Source: Lingula anatina (taxonomy: Eukaryota > Animalia > Brachiopoda). From it: a stretch of 64,000 nucleotides of DNA. The notes beneath the pieces are model-generated. The model did not search any database. It was not told where the DNA came from and saw only the letters and a program-made list of their open reading frames with translations. How positions within the stretch are numbered: position 1 is the stretch's first letter; each line of letters starts with the position of its first letter. The position numbers and the translations under genes are program-made. Below are positions 47,461 to 61,000 of the stretch, piece after piece. Location: contig JBPQGU010000016.1 of assembly GCA_051362555.1 (NCBI GenBank), positions 1,178,001-1,242,000 on the forward strand. Reading direction: 5' to 3'.

Positions 47461-49087
47461 ACAGCTGCCATGAAAAACACAAATAAAAGAATCGGCCTGT
47501 TTCTGTTCCAGCCTTCATCACTGAGCTGAGTTAACGTTGACATTTGGGTCCAAACAAACCAAACAAACTCGGCCTAACAACTTTGGCAAACAAGTTTATT
47601 TTTTGAAGAGAGCACGATCGATCACAACGTTTGTCAAAAAGTATCGAGTGGCTATAAAACGACACTAAATTCAAAGTCAGTAACTTTAACAGCTTGAACT
47701 ATATTGACATTTTCATAAAATAATGTTTTTTAAGAATGCTAAAAATTAATGACACATTTTATGACCTTCCTGGAACACCGAAAAACTTGAAATCTAAACT
47801 ATGAATATTACATGCCGGCCTATGTGACTTATAGCAGGTACCGGGGTCTGATAGTTTTGACACCTGCCAATGTGTTTTTGATTTGATGATAATATCAAAA
47901 CTGTCCACACTTGAAAATTTCAGTGTTGACTTATGATTAATGCATCAAAACTCTTTGAAATTTTTCAATCCAAAAGCTTGTGAACCAGTGAAGTTACTGA
48001 ACTTTGTAAAAAGTTGATTTTGAATTCTAACACCCTGGAATATTTCTACATCTATATTCATCTAAAAGGCGAAACAATCCCCTGTGCCCCCTATTTAGGG
48101 CAAAACTGTACAACAGAAAAAAAAGCGTTGTTTTGTCTCATTTTTCTTGAAATTTATCATTCTGCAAATAAATCAAAAATATAAATAAGACGAAACATCA
48201 GTAATAAAGTAAGTTCCTTTATCCAATAAAATTTTAAGCAGGATCACAACAGCCTTAAACTTAAAGATATATATATGCAGCAGGTACATGTCGTATCATT
48301 ATTTGCCTAGCGGATCATACCCCCTCCACACACACACTTTTCCAGTACATTTCTATCAGCAGGAATAACTTTCGTTTGCTGTAATTTAGATTGATTCCGT
48401 AATGTAGTGTACTTGCAGCATCGCGTATCTGTCTTCAGCTTTATGTAACATTATGTATTGCCCCTTCTTCCTCAGGGATAAATATATCCACAAACAATAT
48501 CTGCTGATATTATACGACAGTTAATCCACTTTATTCTTGTATCATTATATACACGTAAACAACTTAAAATAACGCATATTGACGTATGGTGTTGACTCAG
48601 TAATTTATTCGATCTTTCTTAAATATGTAATCTAAGAACTTGACACTTGCAGAAAATTATATCAAATTCAAGTATTTTTTTTTTATAAAAAATGTCTTTC
48701 TTACCTCTACTACAAAGGTGCTGAATTGCATTATAGTCAAGAGTAGTTCCGCTTCAAAGTCGAGCTTTGACAACATTTCACAGTCAACATCAGTTCCATA
48801 CATCAGTGTTTATGACCATAAAATGATGTCACTGATATGTTATATATGGCATTTTGATATTATTAAGTGATATATTTTTGATGCATTATACACGATATAT
48901 TAATCTATTAATGATATATTATTTCAGCCTTTTCTTTTACAACAAATTTGTGAAAGTAGGCAAAAAATTGTTCCCCTTGTGGTCACAAGTTCGGTGCAAC
49001 AAGGACAATATGCTTCCTTAGCTGACCCTGTCATCAGAGTCATTAAATACCAGTTAAATTCGTGAACAGTTTAACTAAAACAACAAC

Positions 49088-49337
49088 AGTGGTGCATTTA
49101 GAGGAGGGGTCAGGGGGCTCTGACCCCCCCCCCCCCCACTATAGTTTATATATATATATATATTTCCCTCTTGATAATAGAAGTTTGACCAGCTGAATTA
49201 TAGTTCTAAGCCGAACCAAAGGGCACAGTTTACCCTCCCAGACACCAACAATTTTTCGTGGCTCTTGAACAGGCTCCGAACCCCCATGCCAAGGGGGTGA
49301 TGGTTGGCTTTGCGTCCGAGGCCTGTCCTTCCGGACC
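49088..49337. mobile_element. hAT-type MITE
   Basis: CAGTGG...GGATCCGCCCCTG; same insertion point as 50468-50732 in the duplicated 3' flank. Confidence 0.7.
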
Positions 49338-49515
49338 CCCTGATGGATCCGCCCCTGAATATACTATCCTTTTAGTTTTTACCTTTTGTTCAAGGCTCAA
49401 TCTATTCACGCTCTAAGAGCAGTTGCCCTTTCACTCCCTTCAGTCAATAACAGATCCATACATCAGTGTTTATGACCTTTAAATGATAAGTTTTTGATAT
49501 ATAATATATGGCATT

Positions 49516-49518
<3 letters not shown>

Positions 49519-49598
<80 letters not shown>
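49519..49598. repeat. (TA)n microsatellite (others at ~1245, ~8623, ~34933)
   Basis: Uninterrupted TA run. Confidence 0.95.
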
Positions 49599-49601
<3 letters not shown>

Positions 49602-50467
49602 CAAGTTATATATTTTTGTTATGTTATATACGATATATTCATATGCCAATGATTCAGTTTTTTTTTTACAAAAATTTGTGAAAGTAGGCAAAAAAAAAAA
49701 AAAAAAAAAAAAATTGTTCCCCTAGTGAGCTGACCTTGTCATCAGACTCATTAAATACTGGTGTTATAATGAAGAATAACGACGACGATATGGAGCTTTC
49801 AAACATTTATTCATGCACTCTCTTTTCATACAATTTTACAAGCACTCATACTTGAATCACATCCAAAACTCAGTTCTCATGTGATAAACAGTTGATCGAA
49901 ATTAAAAATCTATCATGAAATTAACCAATCACAAAAATTGATACTGACTTTGAACATTTCCATCTGTTTCTGAGACAAAGAACATGTTCTACTCTTGTTG
50001 ACCCTTTATGGCACTTAACTTACACTCAATGCCACTCTAACTTTCCATCTATTAGTAAATAACAAAATGTGTAAATTACCAAAACTAATCATGTTATCTC
50101 GACGCCGTAAGAGATACCTTACATACAATCTATGCCTCATGCATTAATGCTCAATGTATTTACACATATGACAATGTGTATTTTTAATTATAGTAAGATC
50201 AGAATAAAGTCCAATCCTTGTTATTTTAAGAATCGAACGTACGTAAATTTCAAAAAGCTTAAATGACAATGTTACAGTTCTGTCATCAATGTAAATGTGA
50301 TGCAAAAGTTCGTCAGATTCTGCAAAATCCGATGAAATAAAAAATAATGATGATATACATATTAACTTAATCGTTTAAGTTGAAAAAAATAAATAAAAAG
50401 TAAGTAAAATAAAACACGCCAATATTTTTGACAAGTCAAGTACGTGAACAGTTTTACTGAAGAAATA

Positions 50468-50732
50468 TCATTGGCGGATTTAGAGGGGGATTTAGAGGTC
50501 AGTTTCTGCAAAATATATCACACCAATATTCCCCTCTTGATATTAGAAGTTTGACCAGCTGAATTATAGTTGCAAGCCGAACCAAAATACACCGTTTACC
50601 CTCCAGGACACCAACAAATTTTGAGGCCCTTGAGCAGGCCCCGAACCCCAAGCCAAGGGGGAGATGGTTGGCTTCGCAACCGAGGCCTGTCGTTCCAGAC
50701 CCCTCCTTCAAATAATCTTGGATCCGCCCCTG
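50468..50732. mobile_element. hAT-type MITE
   Basis: CATTGGCGGAT...GGATCCGCCCCTG. Confidence 0.7.
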
Positions 50733-50835
50733 AATATTCTGCCTTTCTAAATTTGATCTCATCTGTCACATGTATCAAATTATTTTTGCTCTCTAGAATT
50801 ATGTCTTCTTTCTCTGCTTGTTCCTCTATCACTTA

Positions 50836-50916
50836 TCAATGACCGGATACCATACCAGAGACACTTTCAATTGCATTGGAAGCAACAGTACTTAACAAAT
50901 TCAAAATACCTCCTGC
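50836..50916 (-). CDS. Probable terminal exon of PLAAT paralog 5
   Basis: TTTTCAG acceptor, AGGILNLLSTVASNAIESVSGMVSGH*; downstream sequence is homologous to the 3' UTRs of paralogs 1 and 4. Confidence 0.6.
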   Translation of the reverse strand, partial: AGGILNLLSTVASNAIESVSGMVSGH

Positions 50917-51088
50917 CTGAAAATTAACATAAATTATGAAAAAAAAGAATGACTGATTATAAAGGAATGGAAAGGTGCACGGATGGAAGAAAAGACAAAA
51001 AGAATGAAAAACAGAAGCAAAGGCATGAGAATAGTAATTAAAGCACGCCTGGTTTACCAGAAGACTGGTGTAATAGTAGGTTTGTTAA

Positions 51089-51403
51089 AGGGATAATAAA
51101 TCTTCGTATGAGATCTATATTTCAAAAAAAAAAAAAAAAAAAAAAAAACATTGTGAACAACTCATAGAAATATAATATAGCCTGTTTTACCACAAAAACG
51201 TCAGTTCTACCTATTATTTTGATATCTGAGCTTGTCTTCAGACCACGTGACCTGTATTGATGGCTATACTCTGTTTAAACTTTTTACAAAAAAACCAGGG
51301 ACTTACTTAAAATGTAAAAATTCATTAACCATTGGTAAGTATGGGAAAATTGTTTACTGGAGGAAAATTTATTTTTTGGCCAAAACGAAGAGTTATTATC
51401 CCT
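51089..51403. mobile_element. Kolobok-type MITE, copy 2
   Basis: TTAA|AGGGATAATAA...TTATTATCCCT|TTAA. Confidence 0.8.
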
Positions 51404-54400
51404 TTAAGGATAAAAAATCAGTAGAGACACGCTCTATCGATGCATAAATTTGCATAAATTATGCAAATTAGTGACCAAAATATACAATATGTCATATTTC
51501 ATGTATAAATTACCAAACCTGACTAAATTATGAACAAGGAACCCATTTTTCATATTAAAGGATTTGCGTCATACCGTCAAAATGGCCTCAACGGAACATA
51601 TTCTTCAGAAAACATGCCCAACTAACGATATCTTTATCCAAATACACAAATTAAAAGCTCATTTTGTAAATTTTTGGCTTTAAAAAACGTCCTATTTGCT
51701 CGGCCTGGGAGTTATTGAGCTACGTGGTCACGTGGTCCGATGACGACAACCGTGCCACCGGAGAACAGAGCGTGCTTAGCTGTCAAACTGAGCTGCATTG
51801 TCTACCTGTAAGATGACTTCTCTGGCTTCTGATAAAAAGTTTATACTCATGCAAATCTCTTACCCGAGGGGTCTAAATCCTCGTGAAGCTGTGTAAAACC
51901 ATTTCCCGTCTAGTAAATTCTTTAACAAGCATTTAATTATGGTTATCCCAAGTTGTATAAAACACTGCATTTGAATGAGTTAAGGGTACTGTTGATTATT
52001 GCATATGAGGTCCATGTTATTTGTGAAATTCAATCAATTTTATTAAACCGCTGACACTCCGTCTTGCATACTTTTATTAAACTGAGGTAAACAATGCCCT
52101 TTACCTTTACAAGTCCTATCTTAATCATCCATCTAACTGGAACTTCCTTTACCTCTTAATTAGAGGGTTAAATGGCATTCAATTCCTCATGTAGCGAGTT
52201 TCGAACACACTCTCACTGGCAATATTTACATGTACCTCAGGTAAAAATCTACCTGTGCGTTAGTTTCAAAGAGCAGCTCCCGCAGACTTGGGGGTACTAG
52301 ATAAAATCTGAACACCAGGTTTATCGAGGAGCTAGAGAAACAAAGGAAGAATTTTTCCTGCACAGCTTCATAGGAATTTTAACATGTTGTTGATCCAGCT
52401 TAGACCTCCAAACTAACAGGGTGACATGAGCAATTTTCACAAACAATTAATAAGACTATATTTCAGTTAGCCTCCTTCTAAATAAATATACCGTTCTGGG
52501 TAAATTAGAATATTTATTAAATCGCGAGAATATATTTGACTTTAATGATGATTTTATTATTAATGGAAATTAAGCTACTATATGAGGTACATTTGCTGTG
52601 ATTACGCTGTCCTTCATGTTTTGCGTTAGTCTACAATTTGCTGTACGTGCTTGTAATTTTTTTAATCGGTGCGTACAACTTTTGCAGGTCTGGTTACGCC
52701 CCTGTTATGTGATGAAAGTATAAATTTGGCATTTAGTTCCTTAGCTTATTTAAATAAAATTGCAGTGTAAAAATTTCAACAAGATGTTGGCGCAATAGCC
52801 CTTTACTCTTTGTTGACATTTCCCCCTGTCAAAGTTGGTCTATTTGTCTAAAATTATCTTTCAATCTTTACTCTTTCAAGACCAGTATAAAGTTATCTGA
52901 CATATTTTTGTGAAAACTTAATCACAAGCCAAGGGTCGACCTCCAGTTCATTCCGTACTCAATTTTAGCCAAACAAATTTTCTCTTGAGTAGATCTTTAT
53001 AGCACGGTTTTATAATACAATTTTTCGAAGAGGGGATTTAAATCAAAATATTAAACATTGTAGCCTCATACTTAAAAGAATTGGGTATCTCCCGCTTTTC
53101 ATAACATACTAATTTATATACAATGAACTAAGTTATCAGTAGTGCTCTTTTTTTACACCCAACATTCTTTTTAAAAAATCCGTTTGTGGCTTTCTTATAT
53201 CCCTTACCAGGTTAAATCTCCATGCATAATTTAAAATATACTAACGTACGTAAAACTGCACATTTAGTAAACACATTAAATTTATGATTTTTTTCCATGC
53301 TACCCGTAGCAAACAATGCTCTATTACCTTGATCTGCTACATGTTTTCGGGTTTGACAAAGCTTACAAATCTGCAAAAAGTTTTGCATACAGACGCAGAA
53401 CTTGCGTTTCAAGTTATAAAATGATAAACCTTTTAAATTATTTAATAATTCAGAAGAAATAACCTTCAGAAACAAATCCTCAAAACATAAACGTATAAGG
53501 ATTACGAACCATTTTATTACAGCAGTTCCCATTTTTTCTTTAATATAACGCTTTTTTTCCTGTTTTTCCTCAACACGTTTTCTTCCAAGGAAGTAATGCC
53601 TGGGCATGCTTCAAGATACCCTGAGAGCAATTTCTTTTATTAATGTTCGCGATCGTGTTTGATCTTAATTGTTTAAATATTGATATTTAACGTCATTTAC
53701 AAATACCAATAGAATATCCCCATGAAATAAATGAGATATATTGAAAAATACCAAGACGAGTTTGATACCTGTTATTACCTGGCTTGGGAAGTGCAGCGGT
53801 GCATAATTAACAGGTTTTATTGTTAACGAGCTCTTGGTCAACTACAGTGCATTTAAAATGCATCAACAATTAGTAAGCTTGCCAACTGATGACAGGTAAT
53901 CTGAAAGACTATCTGCTTTTGATATGATCTAAACAACCTGAGGTGACCATGATCTCATCGCATCGCAACTATTGTCACCGAAGTAACTAAGTCACGGAAG
54001 ACCGTCACAGACAAAGAAAAGATTGTGAACGAGTGCTGCGATTTTGGTGAATCCCACGGCAACACACTGAGGCATAACGAAAATTGCTCACCTCCGTTCA
54101 ACACAACTTTCCTAAACTTCTCTGTCTGCATGCACTTGCAGCTCAGTTGAGTCTTATAAATATATGTAGACCTTTATCCTCATTGTCGTCACAGTACCCA
54201 GATCTGTTGCTTCCTTTATGCATATTGAGGTGAGGTTTACTAAAACGCTTTTTGTCTACTAATGGATTGTTTTTATAATTTTTAAATGACGGGGATCGAT
54301 TAAAACATAACTGTAGTGTAAAGATTAAGTGCTGGATCTTCAGAATTCGAGAAATGGATTTTTATATGACTATTTTCCTTTAAGGAAGCAACTGGCGGCC

Positions 54401-57353
54401 ATTTTGTGCCTCAAATCGAAGATGGCCGCCATCCGCCATTTTGAAAGTGGACATAATTTTGTCAGAGAAGAATTTCATCAGCTGTGTTAAGTTATAAGAA
54501 TGATGTGATTTTTTCTTCAGTCAACAGCTAATATTGAGGTAGGTTTTACCTCCAATATTTCGATGTCTATCAGGACATCTTCTTCAGGGAATGAGGCTAT
54601 CCAGGTGAATAGCCTCTACTCAGAAGGTGTACTTGCCCACCCCCCGCCCATTGTCTTAGGAAAGGGAGGTAGAGGTCAGGGAGGATTGCAGGATGGCACC
54701 ATCATTTCTGTCGAAAATCAGCATGATCGGGCCATTATTGTAGAAGTTATGCTGTTTTTTTCACTTTTCAGCATATATGCAACACTGTAAACATATTTCA
54801 AGGGAAACCGTTAAGCCTGTTGTCATAAAACTCACAGGAGTAATCAGTCTTACTAAAACGCATGTCAAGTTCGAAAATCGGCATGATCAAGGAGTTGTAA
54901 CAGAAGGAGATTACACGCAAGCCTCTCTATTGTCCGATGTCTGTTACGGTGGGCGGAGCTAGCTACGGGGGGCCTCCTGTCTCAAGGTTTCGTCTGCGTC
55001 GCTCTCCTCGGCTTGGAGATAAATTTCATTTGCGTTATTTCGCGTTAGAATTCGAGATCAGTAGTGTCAAAGCGCCGCTGTATGCTGACAATTTTTTTCA
55101 CGGGTAATTATTTGGACGATGTGCTGGAAGGGAACGATATCATAGAAAGCGATTATAAGGTGGTGACTGAGGATGGTCGCCATGAGCTTTTTTGAGTTGG
55201 TGATAGATGGCTTTTTTATGGCACAACCCGGTGAAAAATCACCAAGGAGAAGTCAAAAGAAAACGTCCCAACTGTGGTTTGTGAAAACGACATTCAAGTG
55301 AACGTCTGTCCTCACTGCCAAAGGACATAATATTAATACATTAACGTTTGGACCCTCCTGCCCTTGGGTCCCATAAACATATACATTGTGACAGTGCCTA
55401 CGCTTTGTGCCTGGTTTTTAATTTCTTAAAGTATTTTTTCTCTCACTCGGTATAATTTTAATATTATAATGCATTTAATTAAATTTTTAATCCAAGGTTG
55501 AGGCAATGCCACGACATGTCAGTATACTGAATAGTCGTTATAAATTTCTTTATCTTGGAAATTTCCCTTTTTTTCAGGATTATTTGAGACGTACTAACAC
55601 TGTTCATATTTGTCGGTAAAGAAGTGCACAGTGCTTAACATTAAGAATAATTTTTATTCATTCATAAATATATTTATGTATATAATATATCAGAAATTTT
55701 AGTATTCACTAAGCTCTTTAAAGTGAAACAAATAAAGATGAGAATATTGAATTTCAAACTATTATTTACTATATTAACTTAAATTATCTTTTAAGTCAAC
55801 TCTATACTCAAGCATCAAGAAAGTAGCATATGTGAGTAAAACCATTTTATTATATCAATAGAAGAACAAAAACAAAAATTTTACACATAAGCAGTAATTA
55901 ATGAAGTCATAAGAATGATTAAGTTGCTACAGTTTTCCAGTTTTATGCAGTCTATGGTGGCATTTTTTTCAACCGTGCAAATAGAAATAATTATATTCTT
56001 TTTTATCGGACTTGCTGATACCAGTCTGTGCTGAATACTATTCCACTTACATGCCAGCAAGGTCTGAGAATCTAATAGGCCGAATGAAAAAAATCCTAGA
56101 AGATAAAGTGGCTAATTCTTACAAATAGGATCAAAAACATGGGATTTTCAAAAGGTTATTATAGATCATGACAACTCTTAGTAAGAACATTTATAAAATG
56201 TTACAGCTGAAAAAATTAACTGGTCCAGTAAGTGACTGCTTTTAAAGAAATTTCACTGAAACAGAAATTTCACTGGCAATCAGGTAGACTGTTATACCAT
56301 GGCACTCAACAATTTATATATAGGTTTTGAATTTTTTTCCACGTGACAGTAACATAAAATTTATGTCCACTTTTGCAATGTATAGAGTCAGTTAGGTGAC
56401 TGAAAATATTTTAAAATGTCATGAAGGAGCACTATTAATTTAATGCAATCTCTGTTGGCCAGTCTTATCCAGTTTCTTCTCCAAAAAGGACAACTCAAGT
56501 GAGAATTTCTTCAGGGCCTTTTCTTCTGCCTTGATAATGCCATGCCACTCAGAAAAGAGAGAAACCTGTAGGTTAGAAAAAAAAAAAAAAAAAACATAAT
56601 AATAGCATTATGAACTACTAGTATCCATGTAGACATTATGGAATTACGCAGTGAAGTTAAATGTCATGAAGTTGTCTTGTTATGACTTGACTGAAATAAT
56701 GTTCACCACATAAATGAACAATTTACAACTAAATTTATATAGAACATCAAGATTCATGATCACAAGCTAATAACCCCAAGAAATTGAAAGAAATTGTACT
56801 TATTACAAGAAATTATTTAAATCCACCCTGGTTCCTACTCTTCTGACAGGACAAAAAGGGGATTTCAGAGAGGCTGGTTGCTAAAAGGAAAATGCCCAAG
56901 GTTGTTGTATTTTGAAAAAAATTTAAAAAGGGTACTGTTGTTAGTGAATGTTTAATGCATCGTAGGCATTATGACAAAAGTAACTTACCCCAGACAGACT
57001 GACCTCCTTTTTTCATTGACATATTTTAATTTTTTCCAGCCTGACCATAATTCATATATTCAATGCAGCCTTCTCCCATATCTATAATAGAAAAAAAAAC
57101 TTGAGTAGTGTTAAGATATGCATGTCAAATTCATTATCAATTTTGAGAGAATTTCTGTTTCAACACTGCAAGATAAAATATTTAATTTCAAGTAATGAAT
57201 AAACCTTAATAGAGTTCTATTCTTTTGTAACCACCAAAGCAAAGCTTCTTTCTTAAAATGAACTGAAACATCCAAGCTTGCCACCTAACATGCCAAAGAA
57301 GTGAAGTATAATTAAAGTAGAGAAGCAAGTACCCCTTAATTATAGAGGTGTCT

Positions 57354-57969
57354 CACGCTCGGCTGTCACCTTGATTGGATAGTAAACGATTGTCGTAAAA
57401 TCGCTAAATGATATTAAAATCGGGTACATAAACTTAAAAACCACCTAGGACAACCTAAGACTGCCACATTAATCCAATACAATGCAAAAATAAACTATAA
57501 CTAGTGGTTAAAGCCTTCAAAACGAATGTCGTAAAGTCCCCATATACCTCCATAGAGACAATAAAATAGAATGAGCTTCTGAAACAAAACTCAGCCAACT
57601 TTAACATAATAATCGAAATAAAATACTGCCGGGCATCGGAGCGGCCTAAAACTTGGCATGCTTACCGCAAATACTGCAGGCTACATCATCCCGTCGCTCG
57701 TTTGTAAATTCCGTGCATGGCATACGCACAATCAAACCGTATATCCAAATTGCACCTCTGATGTTTGAATTGGTCCTATATGGGGACTTTACGACATTCG
57801 TTTTGAAGGCTTTAACCACTTGTTATAGTTTATTTTTGCATTGTATTGGATTAATGTGGCAGTCTTAGGTTGTCCTAGGTGGTTTTTAAGTTTATGTACC
57901 CGATTTTAATATCATTTAGCGATTTTACGACAATCGTTTACTATCCAATCAAGGTGACAGCCGAGCGTG
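57354..57969. mobile_element. Foldback MITE with 193-bp TIRs and 8-bp TSD (P-element/Galileo-like)
   Basis: Near-perfect TIRs 57354-57546 / 57777-57969, CA...TG ends, TSD AGGTGTCT. Confidence 0.88.
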
Positions 57970-59799
57970 AGGTGTCTTACACAATAAGGTGTGTCTTACA
58001 CACCTTGACTCAAAGAGAGATGTGTAGTGAGATAACAGGTAAAGTAATTGGTGGAGCCTAGGTGAACTTAAAACCTTAAGACTTTAAATTAAGAAGCACC
58101 AGGATTCATGTGTGTTCTTCTTTCAAAGGTTTAATATGAATTAAAACATATATATGTAAAAAGAAGACTTAATAAGTTAAAAATAACTATACCAAAGACA
58201 CTGTGAAGTCAAACTTCCTGTTAGACCGCCATGATGGAAAATGCTGGGTGGAGGCAAAACTTTTCCAGTCAAAATAACTGAGCACCTTACTTTAACAACA
58301 AAGTTACCACTCCAAAGCCACCCACCATGGTGAGAAGAAAAATGATGACCAACTGTCATGATAAGTCTTTTTAGTTTTAAACACGAAAAAGGTAAAGGCA
58401 AAAATGGTACATTTACCCATAACACTAAAGTAAAAATTTGGTATTCTGAACAAATCAGGTTATTTTTTTCAAGAAATATTGGAGCAGTACCCATGCAATA
58501 TATACCAAGCCACGACCAAGATGTTCAAGAATCTAAACACACCAAAATCTCTTATAATCACGCATTTGAAAAGTACAAAAAACGTTTAGGCTTTTGGCCG
58601 TAACAAGCGTAACACTTTTTGATCTGGCCTCATGAAAATTGTCCCTTGTCGTATTCAAGCTAGACCACATATAGAATTGAAAAAAACAACAATACTGCTC
58701 AAGAAAGTGTATTGCACACATAACAATTAAGTAAATTTTATGACTGTCATGTGACACAAGTATAAAAATGTAGGAGGAAAATGTCTTTTGGAGTTTTTTT
58801 TTTTCGAAACATCAACAAGACGGCGGCTTAAGCATCTGCTTGTTATTTGGCTACTGAAAGTGCACCTAAGTTTTATTCTTTGCTATGTCCAAAAATTACT
58901 TAACAATTGCAACTGTATAAAGACCAAATTTTCTTCATCTGATAATATATTTATAAGCACTTGTTATGAGTGGGAATATATTTTTCGTGCAATATTTATT
59001 CTCCACACACCACCTCGCGAAATCAACGTTTAGCTGGACACAGTGAGACCCTACGGCATAAAAGTTGCAATTTATCTTCATATTTCGTGTAGTTATGCAT
59101 TTAAAAGCACTTACCTGTTTTTTGAAAAACCTTATCCAACGTTATATCCTCTGCACTCTGTTATTCTCTCATTTTAAGAAACTTTTCACTGCGATTCTGT
59201 TTGTGTCCTCTCCAAACGACAGACGAAGGCACCCATCTGACAAACGAGATTTAAACGAGAGTAACAGAAAGCGTAACAGAGATAGGCACCCATTGTTCTC
59301 TGGGTTCTATTCATTCCGACCAATGAGAGACCGTAATACGGGCTCCGCCCCCACGCGTGTAATCTCCTTCTGTTATAACTCCTTGCTAAAACGCAGGTTG
59401 AGTGCGAAAATCAGCATAATCAGGCCAATTAGTTTAGAAGTTATGCTGTTTTTTCACATTTCCTCAGATTCAATTCTTAGGCATGTTAACAGTCTCATTA
59501 TTTAATTAATAAGATACGTAAAAGTGTTTGTTTGACATTTCCTGCATCTTTACAACATTGTTAATTGATTTTGTAAAAATGATGGTAAATTTGTTATCGT
59601 GTATTGTGTAATAAAGTTTCAAAAATGGAAATAAACTCATATCATTGCAGTTTGTCAGATTAATTCATTCACTATGTTCAGAATCTCAGAATGGAAGAAA
59701 TTGCACATTTAACACTGTTCTATTGATATTTTTCCCATCTCATCAATTTTCTTAGTTGATCATGTAAAAACGGCAGTAAACTGTTTATTTTGTTTTATG

Positions 59800-61000
59800 T
59801 TAAAAAATTGTTAAAAATGGGAAAAAAACATTTCAGCACAGTGCTGTCTTGTTTACATTTTGGCATTTTCAAGTTGTGACTTTGAAGTTCTATGGGCCTG
59901 AAGACCTTTGCTAGTCACATTTTCTGAATATCCATGATACTAATATTTTATTATCAAAATTGTTGGTCATTATGCTATTAAACGTTATGTTATATTGCAT
60001 CAAAATTTAAAGAAACCCCTATTTTGGGCACTGCTCCCATGATGACCATTTAAGGAACACCATGTCACTTACTGTTCTCAAACTTACAGGAAAGAAACAT
60101 ATGGGACTAAAATACAGCTTCAGTAGGCAATGCAGTCTGTTTGGTAAATTTTTCTGGCAGATAAACAGTTTTTTTTTTGTGAAAATTTAATTTTTCACAT
60201 ATTGGCATTTTCAAGGTGTGACTTAGAACCTCCACGGGCTTGAAGACCCATGCTAGTCACATTTTCTGAAATCCATGATCTGTATATTTTATTATTAAAA
60301 ATTGACGGTCATGATGCTGTTAACCATTATGTAATATTGCATTGAAATAGAAGAAAACACAATTTTGGGTGCTGCTGCCATGGTGACCATTATGGGAAAA
60401 CCATGCTACTTATGATTGTCAAACTTTCCAAAACAAAACACGGGACTAAAATGCAGCCTGAGTTGGAAAAGCAGTCTAATTGGCTTCTTTTTCTGGAAGT
60501 TATACATTTTAGTGAATATTCATTTTTATCGTCTTGGCATATTCATTGTAGGACTCAGAGCTCCCATGGACATGAAGCCGAATGGTAATCAAATTTTCTA
60601 CATGTCCATGCTATTTACAGTCAATAATCAGAAATTGGTGATAATCATTCAGTAATTTATTATGAAGTGTAACATCAAAATTGACAATTTTTTTGCACTG
60701 CTACTACAAACATTATGAAAAGAAAACTGTGTTACTTATTATTATTTTTAACTTGCAAGTATGATTTTTAGGATTGGCATGCAGTTCAAATTAGAAAGCC
60801 AGCTCAATTGGGTTATCACTTATTATTGAATTTATGCAATTTGGTGTGGAATTTTCATTTTTCTCATTCTGGCATTTTCTAAGTGTGAACTTGAACCCCA
60901 ATGGACCTGAAGCCTTATGCTTGTTACACATTTTACTTACATTGGTATTACCTGTTGAGCATAAATAAAATTTGATGTTGAAATTGCAGTTAAGCATAAT
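59800..61000. repeat. Diverged tandem repeat, ~335-340-bp unit, ~3.5 copies
   Basis: TGGCATTTTC...GAC/AAC...TGAAG...CATTTT blocks recur at ~59860, 60203, 60535 and 60870. Confidence 0.75.

Noticed and set aside
53212-53607. 131-aa minus-strand ORF and other short ORF-track entries
   Set aside because: No motifs or splice support; consistent with chance ORFs in AT-rich or repeat DNA
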